A stretch of DNA of 34,933 bases from IMG/VR virus record IMGVR_UViG_2778261229_000002, positions 1 to 34,933 of that record, one strand, 5' to 3'. Position 1 is the stretch's first letter. Each line of letters starts with the position of its first letter. Both the position numbers and the translations under genes were made by a program. The notes under the pieces are model-generated. The model saw only the letters and a program-made list of their open reading frames with translations. It ran no database searches and was not told where the DNA came from. Shown here one piece after another: positions 5,310-16,560 of the stretch. This DNA is from a virus (lineage: Duplodnaviria; Heunggongvirae; Uroviricota; Caudoviricetes).

Positions 5310-7784
5310 TTATTGCGGAGTGACATCCTGAGGTCGCCACCAGTATGTCTGATTAAACTCTTTCTTCGAACGTTGCTCCATTTTACGCAAATAGCCTGGT
5401 GAAAAATACTCCTGCATCTGGTTAAAGATCATATGATCGAGAGCCGCCTTTAAGTACCAGAGATTCGCACCTGGCATCAAACCTTTCCCCAGCTTCACCA
5501 GATCACCACCAGTCTGCTCACTCTTCCCTTCCACAGCATTTAACGGTATGCCCTGAGCAATCTTCACTACGTCATCAACCAGACCAGCTACCGGGCCAAG
5601 CATCGACGCCAGCGCGCCGCTTCCGTACCTAGTGTGATCTGACAATAAAAAGTCACCGTAAAGGCCAAGGCCACCACCTTTCAGTAGAGCACCAAGCCAG
5701 AATTTTGCGGCACCTTCTCCTGTCATCTCTCGAGGATTACGACCAGACGCAAGGTCGTTAAGTTGCTGCGACAAAGCGCCAAGAATGGTCGTACTGGCAA
5801 TAAACGTCGCAATATATGCCGCACGCCCACCAGCAGACGGCATACCCATAGCGCGTGACCAGTGACGCATAACAACCGAGATAGGGAACGATTTAAACAG
5901 GAAAACACTTCTCGTTAATTCACCTTTCCATGTTCCACGCTGAATACCAGAACCGGTTATCAGTTGCTCACGTGCTCCCGGTGTAATAACAGCCATATCA
6001 ACTTCTTCAGTTACGGCACCGAGCAGTTTACGCATTGCCTCAAATTTCACTCGTTCAGGCTCACCAAGATGTTTAACTGCTGAATCAGGGATACGCATAA
6101 TGCTTTCCGGTGTCAGCATCGTATTATTACCGTTCCCCCAGTCCTCCTGTTGCGCCAGCTTCCATACGCTCCAGTCTGTGTCAGTAATCCCTTTGCTTTT
6201 CAGGATACGAAAATCAGAGTCATCGAGGCTACGAAGGTCTGGTGTCCGTGACACTACTTCTCCCAGGCTTCCCATCATGGTTACGCCATAGGCGCGCTTG
6301 TGCGCATCTGACCATGCTGTAAGCCCACTGGCACGCATTACGGCCGTTGCCGCCCAACGAGACACTGACGGCCCCATATTATCCATCGCCCAGCGGTTAA
6401 CGCTGCCAAGTAGAGATTCCATCGCCAGACCAGCGCGGCGCGCCCGCGCAAGTTCTGTACGGTTCGTTGGGTCCATAGCTTCAAGCTGGTTGCGGAATAA
6501 CTGGTTCATTGGAAGGTTGGTAACCTTCGCAGACAGATACATAGTTCCAAGATCAGAGAACGATGACAGCAACGCGGATCCGAGTCTGCTGGCAACCAGC
6601 CAGTTGCGGATATTGTCAGACCATCGCGCGATGTGCGGATTCGCTACAGGCTGTGTCTTTCCAGAAATAAAGTTGTACAGATTCTCTGTGTTGTTCGCCA
6701 GCCGCTCGACTTTACCGGTTTTACTCGGGTTAGCTGTTGCCGTTTCTGCCTTAACCTGATCAAGAAGGGAGCGGAAAACATGATCGGGGTTTGGGCCATA
6801 TGTTTCCACCAGTGCAATATCTTTACTGATACCTTCCAGGTGACCGACCATGATTTCCCATAGAGAGCGATCGCCATAAAGTTGCTGATATTGCAGATAG
6901 GAATCTGCATCTTTGAAATGTATCTGTCGTGATGCATTACCACGGTTAGCACGTGCGCCGGAAATTCGCATTCCGGTATCAGTAAGCTTATTCAGCCCAC
7001 CAGTAGCGATCGTGTTATAAGCCTCTCCAAGAAATGCAGACAACTCGGCATCGTTCATCAGTTGTCCATCGGCTCGGGTATAATATTTGCGATCCAGCTT
7101 ACCTATAACATCGCTAACCCATTTATCTTTTGATACCGCCCTAACCTTTTCCATAGAATGATGTTGAGGGATCCCCCAGTTTTCGAGATAGCCAATGTCC
7201 CCACCAGCATCATTAAACCGGCGGCGGAGTAGATCTGTCACTTCTCTCCACGCCTTAGCACCTTTTCTTGCTTTAGCATTGCCAGTATTTTGCCCTCGCA
7301 TTTCATATACCAGGTCACGCACACCCGCTTCGTCTTCAAACAGGCCAAAAAAGCGAGGATCAACTGCTTCGAATGCCTCCTGCAATTGACTCAATGCATA
7401 ATCACGAGTGGCTTTTGTTCTGGACTCAACAGAGAGGAAATTCGATTTACCGTCTGCATTAAAAGCAATAGTACGGTTAAGAGCGCCAAGTTTCCCATCA
7501 GCCCCTTGATAGCTATTGATAAATTTATCCAATCTCTGACGTGCGGCTATAGTAAGAGCCACACGACGTTTCTTTAATGCCGCTTCTCGCTGTAATTCTT
7601 CAGATGCCAATTGTGCTGCACGATACAGCCGCTCTGACTCGGAAAGTTGTCGCCACGACATAGGGTCATCACGAGCAATGGAGCGCATATTGCGATAAAT
7701 GCGGTCTTCAATGTTCTGTATTTCTCGCGCCGTTAACGTGCGCTGCGCCGCCTGCTGGACCGCTTGTATACATTCCTGTCTCAT
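5310..7784 (-). CDS. Large virion internal / ejection (core) protein, 824 aa
   Basis: Size and position at the distal end of the virion operon. Assigned by analogy with T7 gp15/gp16 and P22 ejection proteins, not by a recognised motif. Confidence 0.5.
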   Translation of the reverse strand: MRQECIQAVQQAAQRTLTAREIQNIEDRIYRNMRSIARDDPMSWRQLSESERLYRAAQLASEELQREAALKKRRVALTIAARQRLDKFINSYQGADGKLGALNRTIAFNADGKSNFLSVESRTKATRDYALSQLQEAFEAVDPRFFGLFEDEAGVRDLVYEMRGQNTGNAKARKGAKAWREVTDLLRRRFNDAGGDIGYLENWGIPQHHSMEKVRAVSKDKWVSDVIGKLDRKYYTRADGQLMNDAELSAFLGEAYNTIATGGLNKLTDTGMRISGARANRGNASRQIHFKDADSYLQYQQLYGDRSLWEIMVGHLEGISKDIALVETYGPNPDHVFRSLLDQVKAETATANPSKTGKVERLANNTENLYNFISGKTQPVANPHIARWSDNIRNWLVASRLGSALLSSFSDLGTMYLSAKVTNLPMNQLFRNQLEAMDPTNRTELARARRAGLAMESLLGSVNRWAMDNMGPSVSRWAATAVMRASGLTAWSDAHKRAYGVTMMGSLGEVVSRTPDLRSLDDSDFRILKSKGITDTDWSVWKLAQQEDWGNGNNTMLTPESIMRIPDSAVKHLGEPERVKFEAMRKLLGAVTEEVDMAVITPGAREQLITGSGIQRGTWKGELTRSVFLFKSFPISVVMRHWSRAMGMPSAGGRAAYIATFIASTTILGALSQQLNDLASGRNPREMTGEGAAKFWLGALLKGGGLGLYGDFLLSDHTRYGSGALASMLGPVAGLVDDVVKIAQGIPLNAVEGKSEQTGGDLVKLGKGLMPGANLWYLKAALDHMIFNQMQEYFSPGYLRKMEQRSKKEFNQTYWWRPQDVTPQ

Positions 7785-7789
7785 TTAAT

Positions 7790-9592
7790 TTAACCTCTCA
7801 AGAAACACGCCACAGCGACATCAAACAGGCTGGAATCCTGTATTGCCTGCTCACTTTCCCTGTTCGTTTCATCCAGTACTTCACGCGCACTGCGCGATTG
7901 TGGATTACCATCATCATCCAGCACGGTGATTATCATGTCAGGTGATTCAAGCAGCGAGTCTTCAGCTATGCGCAGATCAATATCTCCTGCCTGATCTGAC
8001 ATCATTTTTTGTTCTGTCTGTTGCAATATCTTACCGGGCTCAAAAGGAGCTACTTCGTCTGGCGTCCTGACCTCTGCTGTTTTATAGAATGAAACAGCCT
8101 GAGCATTAAGTTCACTTTCTGCCTGCTGTCGCCGTGCCAGTTCTGCTCGAGCTTCAAAAAACTGACCGCCAGGCTCATGCGGTGCCAACGCGTTACGGGA
8201 AAATTCCAAGCGTTCTTGTGCCTGCCGGATTCGTTGGTCAATATCGCGAAGTCTGGCCTGTTTATCTGATCGAGCACGAGATAAAGCCTTACCGCTACCG
8301 GTTGGCTCTTCTGCAAGAATTTGTGCGCGCTGTTCAGTGAGATTTTCAATAATTCGTTGGCTATTAGCGATTTCAGACTGGTAAACCTGTCTATCGCCAC
8401 GCGGCAAAAGCTGCGCGGCCTGTTCTTCAAGCAACCGATTTTCTATAGCGCGCGCCGTTACTCCATCATCTACAGATGACAGAGCCTCATTAACTGCCTG
8501 AGACAGCAGACTCTTGCGCCCAGGAATTTCACTGAAAGATGCAGACTCAACAATGCTGGCAACGTCTACAGGTCTCCCCTGGCTAACATCAGACATGGCT
8601 TTTCGCAGAGCCTGAATGTGAGAATTGCGCGAAAGCACGTTGATCGGCACGCCGGGCGCAATATCAATTTCAGCATGATGAGCGGCATTCGCCGCCAGTG
8701 CAGCATCGATATCAACTGGTGAAAAATTTGGTGCGCTTGTAGACTCGCCGCGAGAGTTAATAAATCTGCCGACACCACCAAACACCACCCCAAGAACAGC
8801 ATCAATAGCAATTGCCTGTCTATCCAACACATCATACTGGTTAGCCATTTCGCTATAGCCACCATCACGAAGCGTTTTTGCAGTAAGCCCACGCTGTGCC
8901 ATACCGAACGCAATATTTGTACCTGCGGCATAGGCAATATCTGGCGTTGCACGTACTGCTGTTGCTGCGGCGCGTCGCACTGAACTTTCACCCGTCCGCG
9001 CAAGCTGAGCCGCCACACCTTCCGCCAGCGCACCACCAGCACGTAACCCGAGGCTCATAGGGATCAGTGTTCCGGCACCAGCTGTAATACCCTGCACTAA
9101 TCCCGCTTCCTGCGCCGCCCTGAAATCAACCCCCTGTGCTGTCAGCCGTTCAAACTCAGAAAAACCCTGTAGCGAAGTTACCGCCGCTGCACCTCCGACC
9201 GGACCACCGAGCGTTGTACCGACAACAGCCTGCCCGCCCATATCGAACAACCCATAAAGAACCTGCCCGGCGGTTCCGGTTGTCGCGGCATCAGGCGTCA
9301 GCCGCTTAACCTGCTGCTCTGCTAGTTTTCTCTGCTCGGCAATGTATGAAACTGAAGTATCATTGAGCGAGGTGTTTTCGTTAATAAACTGAGCAATCGG
9401 GGATACGATTTTATCCATCCCTGCCCATAGCAACTGATCTGGCTTTGCCACCAGCCCGGAGTACAAACCAGACAATGCCGCTCCTACAGCATTGTCGAAA
9501 AAACCAACATCGCTGTTAAAGCCCGCTGGATTTGATGCTGCTTCGTCAAGTTGCTGATTCTGGTTTCCTGGATTAAGGCCAAAGTAACTCAT
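7790..9592 (-). CDS. Virion internal / ejection protein, 600 aa, Ala/Gly-rich
   Basis: ORF track. Its stop overlaps the start of the next gene (ATGA-type junction at 9589-9592). Structural-operon context. Confidence 0.5.
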   Translation of the reverse strand: MSYFGLNPGNQNQQLDEAASNPAGFNSDVGFFDNAVGAALSGLYSGLVAKPDQLLWAGMDKIVSPIAQFINENTSLNDTSVSYIAEQRKLAEQQVKRLTPDAATTGTAGQVLYGLFDMGGQAVVGTTLGGPVGGAAAVTSLQGFSEFERLTAQGVDFRAAQEAGLVQGITAGAGTLIPMSLGLRAGGALAEGVAAQLARTGESSVRRAAATAVRATPDIAYAAGTNIAFGMAQRGLTAKTLRDGGYSEMANQYDVLDRQAIAIDAVLGVVFGGVGRFINSRGESTSAPNFSPVDIDAALAANAAHHAEIDIAPGVPINVLSRNSHIQALRKAMSDVSQGRPVDVASIVESASFSEIPGRKSLLSQAVNEALSSVDDGVTARAIENRLLEEQAAQLLPRGDRQVYQSEIANSQRIIENLTEQRAQILAEEPTGSGKALSRARSDKQARLRDIDQRIRQAQERLEFSRNALAPHEPGGQFFEARAELARRQQAESELNAQAVSFYKTAEVRTPDEVAPFEPGKILQQTEQKMMSDQAGDIDLRIAEDSLLESPDMIITVLDDDGNPQSRSAREVLDETNRESEQAIQDSSLFDVAVACFLRG

Positions 9593-12102
9593 TGCGGAAT
9601 ATCTCCGGAGAATCTCTGACGCTTCTGTGTCAGATCAAGAACAACGGGAGAACCATCATCTTTTAGCAGATAACCAGTACCAAGTTTCACCAGGTACTGA
9701 CTATCGCCGTAACTTTGCAAACCATACTGACCAGGCGGTGTTTTTATCCCTGTGCCAACAACTTGTTCATTCCAAGCCTGATTAACCTGCTTATCGAATT
9801 GCTCTGCAGACATTCCCCACGGCAAAAGAACATTCCCCATTCCGTTATAGTCATGCACGCCACCTGTAGCTACGTTAACAGCCTGTTTCCAGATATCATT
9901 GTCAATTTCGCCTGATACCACGCCTTTTTTCGCCATCACACCAGCGTAATAGTCCTTTGCGGTCTCGTATGCCATTGATGCCCCCTGAGCATCACCAGCA
10001 AATGCATCCTTCACCATGTCAGAAAACTCAAGGCGAAGATCAGCATCTTTAGGCATCGGAATACCTTTCGCGTCATCAGTACCTTTACGAGCCGCCGCGC
10101 CAGCAAGAATTGTCTGCGCAGCGGTTTCTGGAGACACGGAAACATCCGGATTAAACCAGTTTTTTTCTGCCAAAATACCACCTGGCTTATCCATCAGTAT
10201 CCCGGCAACGGCAGCAGATGGAGCGTTGGCACTGATCTGCTGTAGTGCTGACATATACACCTGCCCACCACCAGTGCTCTGCCTGATGGTATCGAGATAT
10301 GCTGCCTGTTGGGAAACGGGCGCATCACGAAAGAAAACACCGATCTGATTGGCCTCGTCTTTGGAAAAGAACGTCAGTGGAGTGCCATATGACTTAGCAA
10401 GGTCACTGACCTGAGCAGCACGCAAGGCAACGCTCTGTCCAAAGTTATCCTTATTGCTCATGTCGATAGGCTTTGCCTGTCCGGCGGCAAGAGAGAACTG
10501 TACAGGATCAGCCTGTCGCTGCTTTATCACCTGACTTGCAGCCGACACAACGTTGTCATAAAGAGCGGCTCGTGCCGCATAACCCTCCCCTGTCTCACCA
10601 GTATCCGGGCGTAATTGCTCAACATATGCTGTAATGCTGCTTGTCGGCATGTTGCGGAAAGAGCCTATATACTGTCCGGCGATTTGCGTATTTCTGAACT
10701 CGGTATATCGCAGGTTTCCTTCTCTTACTCCATAAGCTGCAATAAAATCAGCCTCACCAGGTGGGTTAGGAAATTCAACGCCACGCATATACGCAGCTGT
10801 CGCATCGCGAACCTGGCTGTCAATCATCGTTTTATATTCAGCCTGCTGCTGCCGACGCAGTTGATCCGCCTGTCGCATAAAACTTGCCTGCGCCTCAGGA
10901 GATGCCGCATCGAATGCTGCATTACCGGTATAGCGTTTGGTGTTGGTTGTAATTGTTGATAAACCAAGTGCTGCACTGACACCAGCAGTTAACTGCTGAT
11001 CACTGTATGGCTGGCTACCGTTCTCATGATGGATAATGGCTGCACAAAGCGCCTTCAGGGTATCAGGATTAGATGCATCGAGAGGCTCATCAGCAGAAAC
11101 GCCAAGCTGTTCGCACACTGCTTTGATATACGACATAGTGTCATTTTTATCAGCAGGCGGTGCCCAGCGATTAATTATCTCGCTGACGGTATCAATACCC
11201 TGCCTCTGATACGACATCAGGTTCCGCCCTAATGCACGAATCCCGTGTTCAGGTGTTTCGAATTTAGCAAATCGACCATCATCACCGGTCTGGCCTACCC
11301 ACGGATTAGTTTTGCTGTATTCGAGATTTCCTGGGTTATTGTTGCGTATGCCACGGGCACGCTCGGAAGAGTCACTATCTGCTACAGCACGGCGAGCTCC
11401 AGCAGCAGTATCACTTAACTCGCCATTACTTTGGATGAATGCGGTCGCATTGTTTGCCGACCACTGGGACAATGCAGCATCAGCAACCTTCTCTTTAAAC
11501 TCGATTTTCTTGGCCTGGATTTGCTCGTTGCTCCAGCCATGTGCAACACCGTACTCCTCAATTTGCTGGAAAGTTTGCTTGTTAGCCAATACGTATGCGG
11601 CGTTGTCGCCATACAATGCTGCGGCATTTTTACCATTGTTCAGCAGTGTCGCCTGAAACTGGCCTTCTTCGTAGGCATTAATTTGCCCTATCTCGTGTCG
11701 CCCGGCCTGCGTAGTGAACTGAATGCGCTGCTGCTGCGCCTGCTGCATGAAAGCATTACGAGCCTGTTCATCCGGCAGCGACATAGCCAGTTGTTCGACC
11801 TGAGCATCAAACTGCTGCGTATACTCATGGCCTTTTCCAATAGCATTTTTCCCTTTCAGGTTAAGCAATCCTGTTTCAGGATTATTCAGCAGATCGCTGC
11901 TTATCTGACTGAGGTTAAGAGATGCCTCCTGAGCCAGAGCGATATTGGCACGCTGTTTTGCCTGCCCCAAAACATCAATTGCCTCTGTCCCTGCCCGAAC
12001 AAAAGCATCACCAATACCTTGCTGAGAAAACGTCTGCAAGCCTGCTGACTGAACTCCACGACTCTCAACCTGACGTCCGGATACTGTTGGTACGACTGGC
12101 AT
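9589..12102 (-). CDS. Large virion internal protein, about 837 aa
   Basis: ORF-track frame 9589..12177; I prefer the start at 12102 (MPVVPTVSG...), preceded by GGAGGA and abutting the stop of the upstream gene. Contains a conserved-looking block GIRNNNPGNLEY...NPWVGQ that I cannot assign to a family. Confidence 0.55.
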   Translation of the reverse strand: MPVVPTVSGRQVESRGVQSAGLQTFSQQGIGDAFVRAGTEAIDVLGQAKQRANIALAQEASLNLSQISSDLLNNPETGLLNLKGKNAIGKGHEYTQQFDAQVEQLAMSLPDEQARNAFMQQAQQQRIQFTTQAGRHEIGQINAYEEGQFQATLLNNGKNAAALYGDNAAYVLANKQTFQQIEEYGVAHGWSNEQIQAKKIEFKEKVADAALSQWSANNATAFIQSNGELSDTAAGARRAVADSDSSERARGIRNNNPGNLEYSKTNPWVGQTGDDGRFAKFETPEHGIRALGRNLMSYQRQGIDTVSEIINRWAPPADKNDTMSYIKAVCEQLGVSADEPLDASNPDTLKALCAAIIHHENGSQPYSDQQLTAGVSAALGLSTITTNTKRYTGNAAFDAASPEAQASFMRQADQLRRQQQAEYKTMIDSQVRDATAAYMRGVEFPNPPGEADFIAAYGVREGNLRYTEFRNTQIAGQYIGSFRNMPTSSITAYVEQLRPDTGETGEGYAARAALYDNVVSAASQVIKQRQADPVQFSLAAGQAKPIDMSNKDNFGQSVALRAAQVSDLAKSYGTPLTFFSKDEANQIGVFFRDAPVSQQAAYLDTIRQSTGGGQVYMSALQQISANAPSAAVAGILMDKPGGILAEKNWFNPDVSVSPETAAQTILAGAAARKGTDDAKGIPMPKDADLRLEFSDMVKDAFAGDAQGASMAYETAKDYYAGVMAKKGVVSGEIDNDIWKQAVNVATGGVHDYNGMGNVLLPWGMSAEQFDKQVNQAWNEQVVGTGIKTPPGQYGLQSYGDSQYLVKLGTGYLLKDDGSPVVLDLTQKRQRFSGDIPQ

Positions 12103-12647
12103 TATAATCCTCCGGGTAATCTGGTTCCTGCTGCTGCCCCGATTGGCGCAGGAGTGCTTTGAGTAAACGGACTCCACGTCCCACCAAACATCTGGTACGC
12201 ACCGTATGCCTTCAGAGGCGCAGTGAGCAATGTTGTTGCTGATCCCACATTCCCCTGTTTACGGGCTGAACTGGCTTCTGCTTTATAGTTGGCAGCCTGA
12301 ACCTGATAACCGTAAGCCTCGCGTTGCGCGTTATTCACCGTCGTCAGCGAATCAAGAGCGCCAAACTGGGCAGTGTCGCCAAATATATCCAGCGCGTTAC
12401 CTGTAGATAAATCAGCGCCGGTAGCCCCCATTGTCGCCGCCTGTGTACCAAGCCGCTGTCGGGTCTCTCTGCGCCGTTGCTCAGCTTCAGCGTTACCTCT
12501 GTTTATTGCATCATTTGCCTGAGCTGTGGCTATATCTGCGTTCGCTTCTGCAACCTTCGAGGCATACTTTCCCTGTTGGTACTGGGTGTATGCCTGAATG
12601 CCACTCATGGCGAGCATTGCGCCACCAGCAATAACCGGATCGCACAT
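12102..12647 (-). CDS. Virion structural protein, 181 aa (core protein candidate)
   Basis: ORF track; tightly packed within the structural operon; Ala/Gln-rich. Confidence 0.5.
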   Translation of the reverse strand: MCDPVIAGGAMLAMSGIQAYTQYQQGKYASKVAEANADIATAQANDAINRGNAEAEQRRRETRQRLGTQAATMGATGADLSTGNALDIFGDTAQFGALDSLTTVNNAQREAYGYQVQAANYKAEASSARKQGNVGSATTLLTAPLKAYGAYQMFGGTWSPFTQSTPAPIGAAAGTRLPGGL

Positions 12648-13111
12648 TATTTTCTCTCCATGTGAAATCTGTGGAAATTAAGACCAAGAGCACCATAAGG
12701 CGCGGCTTCTTCAAGCCTGAATCCAAGCCAGTGCAGCCATGCTTTGGCAACATGGTTTCGCTCGTCGACGTAGTTTTCCAGGCGCGGATAAACTGCCAGC
12801 ATCTGCTGCAATACAGGTCGGCAGTGGCGAAGAAATGTCTTCTGATATTTTTCAATACGGCTGGTTCCGACCAGCCAGGGTGTACCATTGCCACCGATCA
12901 TTGACGCCGGAGATACACCAAACATGGTTACCAGTTCTCCGTTCGCGAACCCTGACCAGGCCATAGTCGCAGTGCGAAGACCAACACGCAGCGCATCTTC
13001 GGTAGTCATCAGCGATACCGCATACAGTTCGTCAATATCAGCCTGACGAACATCCGGCAAAATCATCTGAAGATGCTCTTCGGTGGCGGGAATAATTCGA
13101 ACATCGATCAT
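12647..13111 (-). CDS. Virion-associated protein, 154 aa
   Basis: ORF track; boundaries abut neighbouring genes at both ends. Confidence 0.45.
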   Translation of the reverse strand: MIDVRIIPATEEHLQMILPDVRQADIDELYAVSLMTTEDALRVGLRTATMAWSGFANGELVTMFGVSPASMIGGNGTPWLVGTSRIEKYQKTFLRHCRPVLQQMLAVYPRLENYVDERNHVAKAWLHWLGFRLEEAAPYGALGLNFHRFHMERK

Positions 13112-15582
13112 CAGAATCCCCCAACAGTAAGACGAGGAATAACGGCAAGAACAGACAGCGGCAACGGGTCAAGCTGACGGATTCTTACACGTCCGTTTTT
13201 GCCCCAGTTACTGTCCAGTTTCACTTCTACTTTTCCGGTAGCGTCATCAACAGGATCATCGTAGAACTCGAATTCACGCTGTGGATATTCGTACCATTTA
13301 CCGCCGGGCGTAGTCGCCCAGATGCCGCGACTGGCATTCACAACCAGAGTAACGGACGGGATCACCTGTTTTTTGTCCAGCAGCGTTTCCTGTCCGTTAA
13401 TGTTGATATCCAGTGTTTCGAATTCAGCAGTTATTGGCAGGCCGATGTGCACAACAGCCCCAGGTGATTCCAGCGTGACGGCACCTCCGGAAACCACTTT
13501 CTGTGGTTCCACGTTCGCATCAGAGAGAATGTTTACGGTCTGGCCTTCAAGATGAGACAGGCCTCCAAATGTCCGGCGCGCCATCTGCCAGTTCGTGGTA
13601 GCCACATTCCTGAGGGATGGCGGGACGTTCCTGTTAGCACGAACCACTACAGCGGTATTGCTGGTTACAGAAATGATGTCGCAACGTAATTCTTTTGACA
13701 CTTCATCGCCAGTATCAGGATCAGTTCCGGTATAAGGGAACTGTAGTTGAGCACCGACATCACTACTGGTGAAGTACGCACCACCAGAAACACTGATTGT
13801 ATATTCCGCGCGGTAATCCCATTCGCCAGAACCACCAGTGACGATCATCGTTCTGTCAGACGTATTTCTTCCATCATAGCTAAGGCCAGAATCAACAAAG
13901 AAAGCATCTTCATCGCTGGTAAATAAACGGCTGGACAGTCGCTCTATGTATCTCACTGTTTGCCCGTTAACGGTTCGGTTAACGACGAAATACACCGCAT
14001 CTTCATTGCCTTCGCTGATACTGCATGTGCTTTCATATTTTCCGGTACTGGATTGTGGTGCCCATGCAAAAACCTGCTGATCACGCAAATAGGTCATCAC
14101 CAGTAATTTACCGTCATCACGAATGCAGAAGGCGCTGGAGTAAGGGACAATCGAGAAGCACCAGTCAACAATGCTGTGCTTCTGAAAAAGATGATTGGCA
14201 AGGATGGTCAGGTCGTTCCCCTGATAGCCGTCAACATCGAATGAGTAGGCCAGATCACGGACAACACTGCCTTTCTCCTGGACGAACAGAGCAATATTCG
14301 CTACGGCAATTGGTGGGACATTACTCGAGCCATTTGATCCCTGAGAGCTGAATGCAAATGATGATGGGGTTAACACTTTGTTCTGGTCGCCGGTGATGAC
14401 GTACTCACCTCCGGAAGTCAGCGCCACCAGAGAACCAACATCAATCAGGTGACGGATCTCATTAACCTGACGCCCGGCATAGGTGTAGATAATTCTGTCG
14501 TCATCCTGCGTAGGATTGCTTTTGCCAAAATCCTTATAATCCCCGGTACGGCTGGCCCAGATAGTCTGAGGGAACGCAGTCGATGCGGCGAAGTAAAGAC
14601 GTTGTTGATAATAAACAACAGTGCCAGGATAACCATTAACACTGTTCCAGGCATATTTAGCCCATTTATAGCTGGCATTATCCTCGCCCACGACCTGCGA
14701 AGGGATATAGGAAATCACCTCGGCAGTTGCAGTAGTTCCATTTGCAGCAGTGATACGGGCAATGCCAAAACCACTGTGCAGATATTCCCACTCAATGCCA
14801 GTATCATCATCACCGGATCCGCCCCAGCCATCCCATGATGTGCCTTCTGTATGCGAAGGGCGCAAAGTACCTGTTTTGCCTGCTGTAACGGCGCGATAGT
14901 AGTTACTGTCTGCACGGCGAATATCGCCAATCGACGTACTCTTACTGGTTTCCCATACCGGCACAGAATCCACTGCAGGCTGTTCCAGATAGAACAATTT
15001 GCCTGCCTGCTCCGCGCCAAAAATAGAGGCGCTTGCCGTTAACGTAATTGTCCCGGTGCTGGCGCTGGCATAAACCGTCACTGACTCATCAATATTGATA
15101 TCTTCAAATGGCCCGTTCTTCGTTACCACATCAACCAGTTGCCAGTTGTCATGCGCATAGCGGCGCAGCTCTTTCGGCGGGTATGCCGGGTGAACCAGCG
15201 TAAGCACGTCGGCGCTTTGCGTGAATTTAATTCGGAACAGATCGGCTTCAGTATATGGCGTGGCAATTTCATAAATAACATTGCTGCTGTTCAGCACCAA
15301 CGCACCATCTTTGATAACGCGCATGTACTGGTGTCCGAACTCCAGAGCATAGGTCTGAACCGTCGAGAACTGGAACGGGATCAGGCGACATTTCCGATTT
15401 GGGTATTTGGCGGCACCGACAAAACGCGTACCAGGTCGATTCTCAACGCCGCCATACTGCCGCACGATAAAGTTATCGCACTTGCGCAATGCCACCTGGT
15501 ACTTCGCCATGTCGATACGACCGTACAACGACGGTCCAATCTCACCACCGGCAAAGCTGGGCTGGATCCAACTGATAGCCAT
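13111..15582 (-). CDS. Tail tube / nozzle protein (T7 gp12-like by size and position), 823 aa
   Basis: Large protein immediately downstream of a roughly 200-aa protein, mirroring the podovirus adaptor-nozzle pair. Inference from order and size only. Confidence 0.45.
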   Translation of the reverse strand: MAISWIQPSFAGGEIGPSLYGRIDMAKYQVALRKCDNFIVRQYGGVENRPGTRFVGAAKYPNRKCRLIPFQFSTVQTYALEFGHQYMRVIKDGALVLNSSNVIYEIATPYTEADLFRIKFTQSADVLTLVHPAYPPKELRRYAHDNWQLVDVVTKNGPFEDINIDESVTVYASASTGTITLTASASIFGAEQAGKLFYLEQPAVDSVPVWETSKSTSIGDIRRADSNYYRAVTAGKTGTLRPSHTEGTSWDGWGGSGDDDTGIEWEYLHSGFGIARITAANGTTATAEVISYIPSQVVGEDNASYKWAKYAWNSVNGYPGTVVYYQQRLYFAASTAFPQTIWASRTGDYKDFGKSNPTQDDDRIIYTYAGRQVNEIRHLIDVGSLVALTSGGEYVITGDQNKVLTPSSFAFSSQGSNGSSNVPPIAVANIALFVQEKGSVVRDLAYSFDVDGYQGNDLTILANHLFQKHSIVDWCFSIVPYSSAFCIRDDGKLLVMTYLRDQQVFAWAPQSSTGKYESTCSISEGNEDAVYFVVNRTVNGQTVRYIERLSSRLFTSDEDAFFVDSGLSYDGRNTSDRTMIVTGGSGEWDYRAEYTISVSGGAYFTSSDVGAQLQFPYTGTDPDTGDEVSKELRCDIISVTSNTAVVVRANRNVPPSLRNVATTNWQMARRTFGGLSHLEGQTVNILSDANVEPQKVVSGGAVTLESPGAVVHIGLPITAEFETLDININGQETLLDKKQVIPSVTLVVNASRGIWATTPGGKWYEYPQREFEFYDDPVDDATGKVEVKLDSNWGKNGRVRIRQLDPLPLSVLAVIPRLTVGGF

Positions 15583-16190
15583 CAGGACAACCTCGCAATG
15601 GTAAACTCGTCAACCGGTGGCTGTGGTTCCTGTGATTCATTCTGGCTATGCGAGCCAGCACTAAGAATCACGTGATTGTACATATTGAGGGCAAACGTAC
15701 CGAGGTCTGCATTCCCAGTCAGCGCCATGTTAATAGCTGCCGCAAGACGCCAGGCCAACGCCTCCATAAAAATGGCATCAAACATGTTCACATCTGAAAC
15801 GCGAGAGACATACTTGAGCCATGCCTGAGGCTGGTCTGTGTAGATCAACTTTCCTGTTCCGTTGGTGTCTGCACCAACTTCGTACTGAACGCGCATTGAT
15901 GCTGTTGGATTGCGTACACCAGGAAGCATAATTTCAGTAATGCGCAGACAATCTGACGGGTACTGGTACGCATATTCCCAGTCAGGCGGTGGATTGCTCG
16001 TATCTGCAAGCGCCACGCGTTTGGTAGCAAAGTTCCAGTCAAAATCAGAAAGCACAGCATCACGGCAGGCCTCAAAGTGCAGCGAACATTCCCCCGCTTC
16101 CTTGCTGGCTTCCGTCAGGCTGTTAATGCTGCGGCTGTTGCCAATATTGGACAGCGCACGATTGCAGATCTCTACTACAGAGGCCATCAC
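15582..16190 (-). CDS. Tail adaptor / gatekeeper protein (T7 gp11-like by size and position), 202 aa
   Basis: ORF track; stop and start abut the 823-aa gene. Position between head genes and nozzle. Confidence 0.4.
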   Translation of the reverse strand: MMASVVEICNRALSNIGNSRSINSLTEASKEAGECSLHFEACRDAVLSDFDWNFATKRVALADTSNPPPDWEYAYQYPSDCLRITEIMLPGVRNPTASMRVQYEVGADTNGTGKLIYTDQPQAWLKYVSRVSDVNMFDAIFMEALAWRLAAAINMALTGNADLGTFALNMYNHVILSAGSHSQNESQEPQPPVDEFTIARLS

Positions 16191-16516
16191 TCACCTCCGT
16201 TACCGTACAGAGTTTCAGCCGCTGATTTTTCTACATCCCCGGAAACAGGAGCGATCGCCATATCAGTGATCTGCAGATCGGCGCTGCGATTAACGCCATC
16301 GTCAGTTTCTCTGGCAGACAGGCCTCGAATAACAGCCTTTGCAGTTATCATCACTTCTGTTCCGACGCCCTGAGGTTGCGCCTTCAGCTTATTCAATGTG
16401 TCGTTATTCAGCGTGATGCACAGCCCCCACGGGTATTCATCGCGAGTTCTGGTTTCTCCGCTCTCATCCTGGTAGCTGTCAGTGCCGGTTTTGAGGTTTA
16501 CGAGTTCCATATACAC
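16187..16516 (-). CDS. Head completion / structural protein, 109 aa
   Basis: ORF track; overlaps the downstream gene by 4 bp. Confidence 0.4.
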   Translation of the reverse strand: MYMELVNLKTGTDSYQDESGETRTRDEYPWGLCITLNNDTLNKLKAQPQGVGTEVMITAKAVIRGLSARETDDGVNRSADLQITDMAIAPVSGDVEKSAAETLYGNGGE

Positions 16517-16560
16517 TCCTGCAATAAAGGGGCCGAAGCCCCTTGTCTCATCCGCGAGGC